From positions 1 to 35,450 of IMG/VR virus record IMGVR_UViG_3300038492_000686: DNA of 35,450 bases. The stretch is one strand, 5' to 3'. This document shows, in pieces, positions 6,973 to 16,226 of this stretch; positions within the stretch are counted from its first letter, which is position 1; every line of letters begins with the position of its first letter. The stretch comes from a virus (Duplodnaviria > Caudoviricetes). The position numbers were made by a program, and so were the translations under genes. The notes under the pieces are model-generated. The model saw only the letters and a list, made by a program, of their open reading frames with translations. It was not told where the DNA came from and did not search any database.

Positions 6973-7153
6973 AGTTGCCTACATGCTTGAGGTTGATGAC
7001 GACAGTATGAGATGGAGGATAACTCTTTTTTCTGGGAGATCTTGTAATTTAGAGGAATTTGTTCAAGCTATGGAAACCTTTTGTGCAGATGCAAGAGAGA
7101 ACCCTGAGGAGCTTATATTGTCAGAGAGCTCTATTGCGTCAGAGTTTAATTGA
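6941..7153 (+). CDS. Hypothetical acidic protein
   Basis: ORF track; AGGCGG SD. Confidence 0.6.
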   Translation: MSGLGKPKEDEVAYMLEVDDDSMRWRITLFSGRSCNLEEFVQAMETFCADARENPEELILSESSIASEFN

Positions 7154-7181
7154 CACTCATTATCACTTTGTGTGTTATAAC
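7150..7181 (+). promoter_or_regulatory. Putative promoter of the morphogenesis operon
   Basis: Extended -10 TGnTATAAC (7173-7181); TTGACA at 7150-7155 but with an over-long 20-nt spacer. Confidence 0.4.
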
Positions 7182-7187
7182 CTAGTT

Positions 7188-7586
7188 ATGGACAAGGATA
7201 GTCTTAGGCAGAAATACATAGATGTAATGGTCTCAGGAGCTAAGCTTTCGGATTCAGAGAAGCAGGCGATGTTTGGTGAGTCTTTTTTTGATCTTGAAAA
7301 AGATGAAGGTATAAAAAAAGAGATTGCTGATCTAAAATTCTCAACTGCCCATCAAAAGAACTTAGCAAAACAAATAAAGATATCTGAATATATACGTCTT
7401 CAAGAGATTTTTCTTTCTAACGTGAAGAAGGGCATGCAGAGTGGTGATCCTAAGGAGCGTCAGTACTATGATGCTTTGTATGCCAAGTTCTATAACTCAA
7501 TATCAGAGAAAATAACATCAGCAAGTATAGGAAGTGGATCTGAAGACCTTGAAAAGCTAGGCCCTCAGTTGCTTATTTTTAAATGA
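7188..7586 (+). CDS. terS: Probable terminase small subunit
   Basis: Position directly upstream of and overlapping TerL; helical, about 130 aa; ATG 7188 preferred over track start 7059. Confidence 0.55.
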   Translation: MDKDSLRQKYIDVMVSGAKLSDSEKQAMFGESFFDLEKDEGIKKEIADLKFSTAHQKNLAKQIKISEYIRLQEIFLSNVKKGMQSGDPKERQYYDALYAKFYNSISEKITSASIGSGSEDLEKLGPQLLIFK

Positions 7587-8848
7587 GTATAGCTTTTCAT
7601 GCATTTGATAAACAAAAGGCTTTCCTTAATGATACGTGTCGCATTAGAGGTGCTTTTGCGGGTAAGCGTGGTGGTAAGACTGAGGTTGGGGCGATTGCTG
7701 CAATTGAGCTTCAGCAGAATAAGCCTAACCATGTGGACAAAGGTATTGATCCTTACTTGGGCGCTATCATTGCTCCTACTTCTGATATGCTTAGACGATT
7801 ATCGCTTAAGAAGTTTAAAGCTTATGCTCATCCCTTTATAAAGTCACACCACCAGACAACTCATGAAATTAAGTGGTGGGACGATTCTGAGATATATGGT
7901 CTTTCTGCAAGCAAACCTGAGCGTATTGAGGGAATTAAGGCCAACTGGATATGGCTTGATGAGGTTTTTCAGATGTCTGAGAACCTTTTCTTAGAATGCA
8001 GAGCTAGACTTGCTGATACTCAGGGATTTTTAATTTGTACTGGATCTCTTGGTCAGCAATTTGTAAATCCAAAATTGCACTGGGCGTACAAGTACTTTAA
8101 AGAGAATCCTGGCGACATAACAAGCTGTCACGAATGGTCTACCTCTGATAATCCTTATTTTCCAAAAGAAGAACTTGAAGATTTAAAAAACACATTAGAT
8201 CCAGAGACTTACAGGATGATGTTTACAATTAACTGGGACTCGACGCCTAAGACGGCCGTATATCACCAGTTTAATGAAGCCAACATTATTGATAACTATT
8301 CGTACAACCCTGCTTTGCCAACATATGTATCTATTGATTGGGGTTGGGCGCATGAAATGGCGTGTGGTTTTTTTCAATACGACGAGAAAACAGACAGGGT
8401 TTATTTGTTTGATGAAATAGTTAAATCAAAGATGACTGTTGAGGAACTTTACAATCAGATAATGGCAAGGCCATATAAAATATCAGGATGGTGCTGCGAC
8501 ATTGCTGGAAACCAAGAGAGAGAGCTGGTTGGAAGATCTAATGTTGCTTGGTTTAGAGACAGGGGGGTCCATATGAAGTCTCGTCGCAGCGCAGTGAACA
8601 ATGGCATAACTTTGGTTAGAACTTACGTTCGAAACATGAAGGATCAGTCAAGATTCTTTATAGCGGCCAATTGCCGGAAGTCTATTGATGGGATGAAACA
8701 GTATCGCTATCCAGAGAAAGACGGTATAATCCAAAACGAGTTGCCAATTAAAAAAGATGATGATGCAGTAGACATGATCAGGTACTTTTTTATGAACTAT
8801 CTAGACAAGAGTCTTATGGATACGACTCCTGTAATGCTTAAGAGGTAA
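7583..8848 (+). CDS. terL: Terminase large subunit
   Basis: Walker A AGKRGGKT, Walker B WIWLDE, DNPY, nuclease SIDWG and DDAVDMIRY. Confidence 0.97.
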   Translation: MSIAFHAFDKQKAFLNDTCRIRGAFAGKRGGKTEVGAIAAIELQQNKPNHVDKGIDPYLGAIIAPTSDMLRRLSLKKFKAYAHPFIKSHHQTTHEIKWWDDSEIYGLSASKPERIEGIKANWIWLDEVFQMSENLFLECRARLADTQGFLICTGSLGQQFVNPKLHWAYKYFKENPGDITSCHEWSTSDNPYFPKEELEDLKNTLDPETYRMMFTINWDSTPKTAVYHQFNEANIIDNYSYNPALPTYVSIDWGWAHEMACGFFQYDEKTDRVYLFDEIVKSKMTVEELYNQIMARPYKISGWCCDIAGNQERELVGRSNVAWFRDRGVHMKSRRSAVNNGITLVRTYVRNMKDQSRFFIAANCRKSIDGMKQYRYPEKDGIIQNELPIKKDDDAVDMIRYFFMNYLDKSLMDTTPVMLKR

Positions 8849-8850
8849 GG

Positions 8851-10455
8851 ATGCCTAACCCAGATTTACTCGATATCAAAGTAAGACGTCAAATTTTAGA
8901 AGACATTAGAAACGAAGACAATTTGTCTAGAAAAAGAGAGCATCAAAAAAGATTTGATGTTTTTAGAGAGCGTCAAGATATTTACATTCTTGAGAGGCTC
9001 CGTCGGGAATTTGGCGCTGACACTGTTGATGACATGAGAAAGATTTTGTCTATTAATCTTTCAAAAAGAATCATTGAAGAAGAGGCCTCTATTTACCGTT
9101 CTGAGCCTGAAAGAACTTTTTCTACAACTACAGAGAGAGAAGTTACTGACTCTGAGCAGGCTCAGATAGATAACTTATATGAGATTTTAAGAGTAAATGA
9201 AGTGGGCTCAAAGAGTAACAAAGTTTTTAAGCTTCATGACCAGGGAACTATAATGTGTGTTCCTGACATGAAGGGCTCTTTTAAGTTGAGAGCTATTTCT
9301 CCCCTTCATTACGATGTTATTCCTCAGTGGGATGATCCAGAGACTGCTTTTGCTTACATTTTAAATGTTTGGGATTTTGATTTAAATAAAACTGCTAGAG
9401 ATGAAAATAATGAAAAAACTCAGACTTCAAGATACCGTCAAAATAACAGAACCAACGAAATTATTGCTGATAGAAGTGACAGGTTGGCAGTTGAAGATAA
9501 ATATATAGTATGGACTGACGAAATTCACTTTACTATGGATGGTGATGGCAATTTTATTAGCGAAGTTATACCTAATCCAATTGGAAGGCTTCCTTTTGTT
9601 GATGTTGCTGATGACAAGGACTTTGAATTCTTTGTTAGAAAGGGAACATCGGTAGTTGATTTTGCTCTAGATGTTGGACTTGCTCTTTCTGATCTTGCAA
9701 ACATTATTAGGCTTCAGGGATACGCTCAGGCAGTTATATCAAGTGACAAACAGCCGGTTCACATTAAAAGCGGGCCCAATGGAGTTATATGGTTAAAAAC
9801 TGATCCTAACAACCCAGGATCGTCACCTAAGTTTGAGTTTGTTTCCCCAAATCCAGATCTTAATGGCTCTTTAGAGTTCTTAGAATCAATTATTAAGATG
9901 TTTTTATCTTCAAGGGGAGTAGATCCTGCAACTATATCAGGAAAAGGAGAGGCCAAGAGTTTTAGCTCAGGAGTTGAAAGGCTTCTTGCTATGCTCGATA
10001 AGTTTGAGGCAACAAAGTCTGATTTTAGTTTGTACAAGAGTGTCGAAATTGAATTATTTGAAATACTAAAAAAGTGGTCTAACGTTTTTCAAGATGTAGT
10101 TGGAGATGGTGAGTTAAGAGAAGACTTGAGGCTTGGAAAAATTGGAGATGATGTTTTTTTAGATATTAATTTCTCTGAACCAAGCACAGTTCAAACCCAG
10201 TCTGAAAAAGAAGACTCTGTTATCAAGTTATCTGAAGCAGGATTTATGTCTAGAGTTGAGGCCATAATGGAGCTCAGGGGTGTTAGCAAGGAGGCAGCAG
10301 AGTCTATTCTTGAAGAGATTGATGAGATTAAGGAAGAGGAAATGGAAAGCAATCCATTAACTCAAAACTTATTACTGGCTCAAGAAGGTCAACAGGAAGA
10401 ATCAGAAGAGGAGCAAGAGGAAGAAGATGAAGGCTCCGAAGATAACGAAGAGTAA
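8851..10455 (+). CDS. Portal protein
   Basis: Follows TerL; 534 aa; NPIGRLPFV and SSGV motifs; acidic C-terminal tail. Confidence 0.9.
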   Translation: MPNPDLLDIKVRRQILEDIRNEDNLSRKREHQKRFDVFRERQDIYILERLRREFGADTVDDMRKILSINLSKRIIEEEASIYRSEPERTFSTTTEREVTDSEQAQIDNLYEILRVNEVGSKSNKVFKLHDQGTIMCVPDMKGSFKLRAISPLHYDVIPQWDDPETAFAYILNVWDFDLNKTARDENNEKTQTSRYRQNNRTNEIIADRSDRLAVEDKYIVWTDEIHFTMDGDGNFISEVIPNPIGRLPFVDVADDKDFEFFVRKGTSVVDFALDVGLALSDLANIIRLQGYAQAVISSDKQPVHIKSGPNGVIWLKTDPNNPGSSPKFEFVSPNPDLNGSLEFLESIIKMFLSSRGVDPATISGKGEAKSFSSGVERLLAMLDKFEATKSDFSLYKSVEIELFEILKKWSNVFQDVVGDGELREDLRLGKIGDDVFLDINFSEPSTVQTQSEKEDSVIKLSEAGFMSRVEAIMELRGVSKEAAESILEEIDEIKEEEMESNPLTQNLLLAQEGQQEESEEEQEEEDEGSEDNEE

Positions 10456-10999
10456 TATAGAGCAAGAGATAGATCTAAAAGAAATTTTTGGGGTTGATTT
10501 TAGAAATAAACGCTCTCTTAAAGAGGCTCTAGCTCAAGCTATTATAGATAAGATGGTTTCTCGCACAGAATCTGGTAAAGGTATTTCTTTTGGTAAAGAT
10601 GGCCGTGGCCGTAAGGTAAAGTTAAAATCTCCATATTCAAAAGAATACTCAAAGTCAGATGATTTTAAAGCTTTTGGAAAATCAAGAAGCAACGTTAATC
10701 TAAAGCTAACTGGAGATATGCTTGGATCTATTGATGTTAAGTCTGTATCTGGAAATAAGGTTAGGGTTGGAATTACTGACGAAGAAGAAATCCTAAAGGC
10801 TTTTAATCACAGCACCGGAGACACGGTTCCTAAGAGGCCTTTTTTTGGTGTTTCAAAATCTGAATTATTACAGATCAAGAGAGAGTTTGGTTCAGATATA
10901 AGAGAAATCATAAAAGAAAGGGAGAGGTCTGGATCTAGAGCCTTTGAGGCTGCAGTAACTAATCTTCTGGATAGGATTTCTGATAATGGCGAGGGTTAA
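10427..10999 (+). CDS. Virion morphogenesis protein, Mu gpG-like
   Basis: VNLKLTGDMLGSI and PKRPFFGVS motifs. Confidence 0.7.
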   Translation: MKAPKITKSNIEQEIDLKEIFGVDFRNKRSLKEALAQAIIDKMVSRTESGKGISFGKDGRGRKVKLKSPYSKEYSKSDDFKAFGKSRSNVNLKLTGDMLGSIDVKSVSGNKVRVGITDEEEILKAFNHSTGDTVPKRPFFGVSKSELLQIKREFGSDIREIIKERERSGSRAFEAAVTNLLDRISDNGEG

Positions 11000-11558
11000 G
11001 GTAAAGTTTGACTCTGTTGCTGCGTCTAAGAAGCTTGAGATGCAGTTTAAAGATAAGGTTAAATTCAATAGACAAATGAATGAAGAAATCGGTGAGTTTT
11101 TAGTTCAAAGAATTAGGTCTGAGGCCAGAAGGGGAAGGCCATTAAATAAATCAAGAAGATTTCCTAATCTAAAAAGTTCATCTGTAAGGTCAAGGGATCG
11201 TTTATCTAGGTTTAATAAGACGGGGGGTCCATTTAGGCCATCTCTTTCAAACTTAACTTTAACTGGTCAGCTTCTTGATTCAATTAAGTTTGAGTTTGCT
11301 AGAGCAAAAGGCGTCATAGAGGTTTTTGCTAGAGGTAAGAGAAAGCCTTACAAGACTGGTCCCCAAAGATCTGCAAGAAAAACTCCTATATCATCTAGAA
11401 ATGAGATCTTAGATGCCGAGCTGCGCAAGAAGGGCTTTAAAGCTTTCACACCTCAGGGCATTAAAGCAGAATCTAGAATTACAAAGAGGATAAATAATAT
11501 AGTTAAGAGATTTTTAAGAAGGTCTCTTGGTGTAAGCAAGAGGCTTGATAAACTATAA
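10986..11558 (+). CDS. Second virion morphogenesis protein, Mu gpG-like, very basic
   Basis: FPNLKSSS...SNLTLTGQLLDSI motif; same length as preceding gene. Confidence 0.6.
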   Translation: MARVKVKFDSVAASKKLEMQFKDKVKFNRQMNEEIGEFLVQRIRSEARRGRPLNKSRRFPNLKSSSVRSRDRLSRFNKTGGPFRPSLSNLTLTGQLLDSIKFEFARAKGVIEVFARGKRKPYKTGPQRSARKTPISSRNEILDAELRKKGFKAFTPQGIKAESRITKRINNIVKRFLRRSLGVSKRLDKL

Positions 11559-11574
11559 CAAGGAGAGTTATAAT

Positions 11575-12189
11575 ATGAGCGAACAAAATGGCGAGAATCT
11601 CGCGCCTGAACAAACGCAGGATCTGCAAGGTCAGGAAATTTCTAAAGAGCAAGGGCTGGATCAGCCTAAGAAAGATTTCGTTAAATACTCTAGTTATCGT
11701 GATGCAGTTGGTAGAGCTAAGAAGTATCAGGAGAGACTTGAGACATTGGAGCAGGAGCTTGAGTCTGAAAGACAAAATAAGCTTGCTGCTGAAGGTAAAA
11801 AGGACGAGCTGATTGAGTCTTTAAGAAAGCAGAATGCCGAGCTAAACGATAAGTATCGTGGCGCAGTTGGTACTTTTGCTGAAACTAAGGCTTATGAAGT
11901 CATAACAGATGAAGCAACTAAGATGGGTTGTGCATCAACTTCTCTTTTAAGAAGAGCAGTTGCTGACAAGATAAAGGCGTTGGAGTTTGGCGATGACTTT
12001 GTACCGAATCGGGATCAGGTTAGAGCTATTTTGCAAGACCTTAGAAATGAAGAGCCTATTTTGTTTGCCAAGTCGGCTCCAAATGTTGGAAGCCATAGTC
12101 TTAAGCCAGGCGAGGTCCCAGCTCAGAAAAAGAAATCTGTTCGTGATATGACAAAAGATGAGCTCATGGAAATGTGGGCTAAAGGTTAA
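11575..12189 (+). CDS. Capsid scaffolding protein
   Basis: Coiled-coil, charged, directly upstream of capsid gene; AAGGAG SD favours ATG 11575; EPILF motif. Confidence 0.8.
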   Translation: MSEQNGENLAPEQTQDLQGQEISKEQGLDQPKKDFVKYSSYRDAVGRAKKYQERLETLEQELESERQNKLAAEGKKDELIESLRKQNAELNDKYRGAVGTFAETKAYEVITDEATKMGCASTSLLRRAVADKIKALEFGDDFVPNRDQVRAILQDLRNEEPILFAKSAPNVGSHSLKPGEVPAQKKKSVRDMTKDELMEMWAKG

Positions 12190-12214
12190 ACTATTTAAAT
12201 TTTAGGAGGCCAAG

Positions 12215-13087
12215 ATGGCTAACGAAGTCGGAGATACGGAATTATCCGCAACGAAACAAGAGGCGATTACTGAGATTGCTCAGCGCGCTCTTATTGATGC
12301 ATCAGTTTATGCAGGGTGCTGGAAAGATGAATCTGCTCGCGCAATTAAAGGTCGCAGCCAGGTTTCTTTTCCAAAATACAGTTCTCTTTTTACTGTAGAG
12401 AACAGAGCTTCTGCTACTGCTGGTACTAACCAAAACCCAGCTTTTGCTAAAGATACAATGGACTTAGATGTTCGCGCTCACATCCAGTGGGTAGTTGATA
12501 CTGACGATGAAATTGAATCTACTCTAGATGTGCAACGTGAGTACATTGAGCAAGCTTCTATGGAGCATGCTTCTGATTTTGATTCACGTGGTATTGTTAA
12601 GATGGAAGCTGACGCCATTACTACTACTACTGCTGGGGCTATCAGCCAAGACGTTGTTTTAGAAATGCGCAGAGTTCTTATGAGAAACAAGGCTCGTATG
12701 GGATCTTTGTTTCTTACTGTTTCTCCAGAAGAAGAATCTAATCTTTTAAAGATTGATCCTTTTATTTCTGCTGACCAGTATGGAAGAGCAATTGTTCCTG
12801 AGGGAGTTCTAGGAACTCTTTACGGTGTTAATGTAAAGATCTCTACTAACCTTGCTGCTGATCAGTATTTCATGAACAGCCCAGAAGGCTTTGCTTTTGC
12901 TTTACAGCGCGCACCTGCCTTTGATGAAGATGCTAGACCAGAATTCGGTGTTGGAGCTAAGTTACAGGTTCTTGCTCAGAAATATGGACAAAAGTCTCTT
13001 CAGGTTGGAGCTCCTAATACTTTCCTTGCGGATGGTGTTACTGCTACAACTACTCAGAGCGCACTGATCGTTAAGGATAATAACTAA
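12215..13087 (+). CDS. Major capsid protein (HK97 fold)
   Basis: AGGAGG SD; GRSQVSFP, FLTVSP, GVLGTLYGVNVKISTNL, KYG motifs. Confidence 0.92.
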   Translation: MANEVGDTELSATKQEAITEIAQRALIDASVYAGCWKDESARAIKGRSQVSFPKYSSLFTVENRASATAGTNQNPAFAKDTMDLDVRAHIQWVVDTDDEIESTLDVQREYIEQASMEHASDFDSRGIVKMEADAITTTTAGAISQDVVLEMRRVLMRNKARMGSLFLTVSPEEESNLLKIDPFISADQYGRAIVPEGVLGTLYGVNVKISTNLAADQYFMNSPEGFAFALQRAPAFDEDARPEFGVGAKLQVLAQKYGQKSLQVGAPNTFLADGVTATTTQSALIVKDNN

Positions 13088-13094
13088 GTCTTAA

Positions 13095-13328
13095 ATGGCT
13101 AGTTATTTTCAGAACCCATTAGGGGTTGATACTATTCCTAAATTTGTCACGGCCCGCTCGCCAATAGGTTTGAGGCGGGCCATGGCTCTTAATACTAAAA
13201 AGCAAAAAGGATACGTACAGTATCATCACATTCAGTGGGTTGAATCTGAAAAAAAATGGTATGCATGGTTTGATGTAAAAGAAGACAAGATGGACTTAGC
13301 TAGTCTTTCTACAGGGAGTGATGAATAA
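13095..13328 (+). CDS. Hypothetical protein in head module
   Basis: ORF track; coupled to next gene. Confidence 0.65.
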   Translation: MASYFQNPLGVDTIPKFVTARSPIGLRRAMALNTKKQKGYVQYHHIQWVESEKKWYAWFDVKEDKMDLASLSTGSDE

Positions 13329-13804
13329 TGGCTTCTTCTGATATAGATCCTTGTAGGGGAACGCAAAAGCTAGAGAACGAAAAGTTTGCAACTAGTTCTT
13401 TAGGGAAGACCGTGGTTAGAGTTGCAGATGATGAGGCCCTTGCCGTTCTAGAACAAATCCTTGCCCTGCAGGGCGGGTCTGCTGGAGCACCGTTTCATGA
13501 AGATGCCCAAACTCAAACTACACCGGGTGTAGAACAAACCCTTATCAGCTTTACAGTTGGCGCAGGACTGTCAAGAAATTTAAATCGCGCAAGAGTGGTT
13601 TGTAGGCACAGAGTGAAATATAATATTGAAGTCAATGGTCAGGTTGTTGGTTCAGGAAGAACTGGTGCGGGAAATTTAACTGATGACTTTATTTGGTTGC
13701 CAGGATTCCCTGTAGCTCAGAGTATTTTAGTTGAATTGAAGGCCACGCAGTCTGGTGGTCCAGCAACTGACATTGAAGCTTATTTAATGGGTAATGAAAC
13801 TTAA
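13328..13804 (+). CDS. Putative virion structural/decoration protein
   Basis: Position; beta-rich C-terminal domain. Confidence 0.55.
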   Translation: MASSDIDPCRGTQKLENEKFATSSLGKTVVRVADDEALAVLEQILALQGGSAGAPFHEDAQTQTTPGVEQTLISFTVGAGLSRNLNRARVVCRHRVKYNIEVNGQVVGSGRTGAGNLTDDFIWLPGFPVAQSILVELKATQSGGPATDIEAYLMGNET

Positions 13805-13821
13805 ACCAAGGAAGGTTAGAG

Positions 13822-14364
13822 ATGGCTGACGAAAGAGAAGTATTTACGATATTAGAAGATGATTTAACGGGTGGCGGAGTAAAGCTGCCAGCAAGATCGG
13901 AAGGCGATACGGTAGCGGGAAATGAAATTCCAGTTTTGCCTGCGAAAGATAATGCTGGAAACTATCAGCACATCCCTCTAGATGCTACTGGTGCGGTTAT
14001 TGTTACCAGTACGTCTACTCCTGGAGTTCAACAAACTGATGCAGGGACTATTACTAGTTCTGCTTTAAATACAGATGATACTGTTGCTGAAATTACTGGT
14101 CTTGCTAATAGCACTACCTATGAATGTACACTTTATAGTGTTAGCGCTCTTAAGCCCACAAGATGGAAACTTCAGCTAAATGATAATGGAACTCCAAATA
14201 CTTTTGAGACCATTCTTACTAGTTCTGGTCAATATTCTTATCAGTCTGACTTAAAGCTAAGTATTACTACTGGTGCTGCTGGAGCCCAGAGCATTAGAGT
14301 GGTTGGCGCTCAGCTTAGAGGACCTTTGTCTGATAAGCACGCCACTATTAAGATTGTAGGATAA
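13822..14364 (+). CDS. Putative virion structural/decoration protein
   Basis: AGGAAGG SD; Thr/Gly/Ala-rich beta composition. Confidence 0.55.
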   Translation: MADEREVFTILEDDLTGGGVKLPARSEGDTVAGNEIPVLPAKDNAGNYQHIPLDATGAVIVTSTSTPGVQQTDAGTITSSALNTDDTVAEITGLANSTTYECTLYSVSALKPTRWKLQLNDNGTPNTFETILTSSGQYSYQSDLKLSITTGAAGAQSIRVVGAQLRGPLSDKHATIKIVG

Positions 14365-14367
14365 TTA

Positions 14368-14673
14368 ATGGCTGATATATTAGATCAGTTTGAAATAAAG
14401 GATAATATAGGCAGTACTGTTGCTTTTAACGGTACTGCCACTACATCTGTTCAAAGCGTGCCTGCGTTAGCGGGAACATCTATATCTGATGCGTTGATTA
14501 TATCTTCGGGGCGAAGATTACAGGTTAGCTTTGATGGTGGCGGGACTTTCTTAAATGTTCCAAGAAATGGAGCCATAGCTTGGAACGTTAAGGGCCAGGT
14601 TGCTCAACTTCAGGTTAGAACGTCTTCTGGGACTACTGACTTTGATCTTTTGATAAACTTTGAGGATGTTTAA
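14368..14673 (+). CDS. Putative virion structural protein (small beta-sandwich)
   Basis: LQVSFDGGGTF motif; position. Confidence 0.55.
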   Translation: MADILDQFEIKDNIGSTVAFNGTATTSVQSVPALAGTSISDALIISSGRRLQVSFDGGGTFLNVPRNGAIAWNVKGQVAQLQVRTSSGTTDFDLLINFEDV

Positions 14674-15713
14674 TGGGATTTGGTAATTATGGAATATCCA
14701 TACCAGAGTTACCTCTTTTAGTTGACGTTGATCAGCCCTCTCATGGGTTTACACTTCCGTCTTTTGGATTTCTTCCTTTATATTATAATAATTTAAATAG
14801 TCAGTTTGAGCTTGCAAACGCAAATAGCATAGGAACTGCCGCAGATTGCGTAGCAGTTGGGTTTCCAGATGCAAATACTATAACTATTCAGCTTGATGGT
14901 CAGATAGAAGTTCCTCTCCATGGTTTAGATGTTGGCAAGTGGTACGTGCTTAGATCTGGATTTGCTGGATTGGTTTTGCCGTTAGACAGTCATACTTCTG
15001 AGAATGTACAATATTTGGCTTTTGTCATTGATGAAAATAATATCTTGATAAGAGTTCATCCTATATTTATTAAGTCTCCTGGCCTTCCCATTTCAATTAT
15101 AGAAGATTGGACTTCCAATACATCTAATAGCGTTCCTTTGACTGCTGGTCAGAATAGGATGCTGGTTCTTAACACTAGCTGGGAAGATAATGTCTCCAAT
15201 TCGGCTACGGCAGTTTCGGTGGGCGGGGTATCTGGAACTCTAGTTGAAGAGCAAACTATTACAAGTGGGTTTTCTCAGGGGTCTCACCAGTTTAGGTGGG
15301 ATGAGTCGCAGATAGCATCTATGTCTGGTACTGCAATTGCCGTTACATGGCAAAGCGGAGCCCCAAATACTTTCGGTGTGTCAACCGCCCTTTTAGAAAA
15401 CGTTAACCAATCAATTCCTTTAGTTGGAACAAATACTGACTCTGGAACCGGTGCGACAGATACTCTTGATGCAGATGTTAATACAGAAGAGGATGGATAC
15501 TCTGTTTTGGTTTGTTCTGGAGGAAATGAGGGTATGGGTTTTACAAACAACGGGACCGGATGGACTCGGAAACTTAACTTAGTTTTAACCTCAGCTGACA
15601 GTGTTGTTGACGATAAACTAATAACTGCAGACGCCTCGCCGGAGAATGTTAACATGGGTATTACTGGATCTAACAGGCATGTGTTGGTTGTCAGTTCATA
15701 TAGGAAGGCTTAA
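14673..15713 (+). CDS. Putative head fibre/decoration protein
   Basis: N-terminal HGF...LANAN...GLDVGKWYVL cement/fibre-like region; Ser/Thr/Gly-rich C-terminal beta domain. Confidence 0.55.
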   Translation: MGFGNYGISIPELPLLVDVDQPSHGFTLPSFGFLPLYYNNLNSQFELANANSIGTAADCVAVGFPDANTITIQLDGQIEVPLHGLDVGKWYVLRSGFAGLVLPLDSHTSENVQYLAFVIDENNILIRVHPIFIKSPGLPISIIEDWTSNTSNSVPLTAGQNRMLVLNTSWEDNVSNSATAVSVGGVSGTLVEEQTITSGFSQGSHQFRWDESQIASMSGTAIAVTWQSGAPNTFGVSTALLENVNQSIPLVGTNTDSGTGATDTLDADVNTEEDGYSVLVCSGGNEGMGFTNNGTGWTRKLNLVLTSADSVVDDKLITADASPENVNMGITGSNRHVLVVSSYRKA

Positions 15714-16226
15714 ATGAGCTTTAGTACTAATTATGCAATTGCTACTCAGAATTCTCAGATACCTGGTGGTGGATCTGACGCAGTGTGGGCCTTTGCTCAA
15801 AGGGTAAATTCAGATATAGCAACTAACTTGAATAATGTTACAGCAACAACTGTTCCCATGGATGGGGCAATGATTACTAGTGGTACAGGGTGGGCGATAA
15901 ATGGAAACGGTATTCAACTTACTGGTCCTAGGTCTTTTGTCAGATGTTCATATGTAATACATGTAAGAGAGGCCTTTGCCAGGGGTAATCTTTTAACTAG
16001 CTTAGCTTTGAATGGGACTTTGTTTGGTCCGGTTTGTGCTCATGGCTATATTAGAAACGCAAATGGCCATCAAGAATCTAGTTATTGTATGCCCGGGACT
16101 TGGGTTGGCATGCAGTCTGGAGATATAATTACGATTCAGACAATTAGAGAAGCAAATGCCGGAAATATTACCATGGCAACGGCTGGAACCAGTCAGCTTC
16201 TTTTAGAGAGGTTAGTTAATGTATAG
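15714..16226 (+). CDS. Putative C1q/TNF-like jelly-roll structural protein
   Basis: GIQLTGP...SY and MQSGDIITIQ strand patterns. Confidence 0.5.
   Translation: MSFSTNYAIATQNSQIPGGGSDAVWAFAQRVNSDIATNLNNVTATTVPMDGAMITSGTGWAINGNGIQLTGPRSFVRCSYVIHVREAFARGNLLTSLALNGTLFGPVCAHGYIRNANGHQESSYCMPGTWVGMQSGDIITIQTIREANAGNITMATAGTSQLLLERLVNV

Noticed and set aside
7059-7187. N-terminal extension of TerS in the ORF track
   Set aside because: Overlaps the upstream gene and a promoter-like gap; ATG 7188 is more plausible
10320-10455. GAA-rich low-complexity tract
   Set aside because: Encodes the ordinary acidic tail of the portal protein
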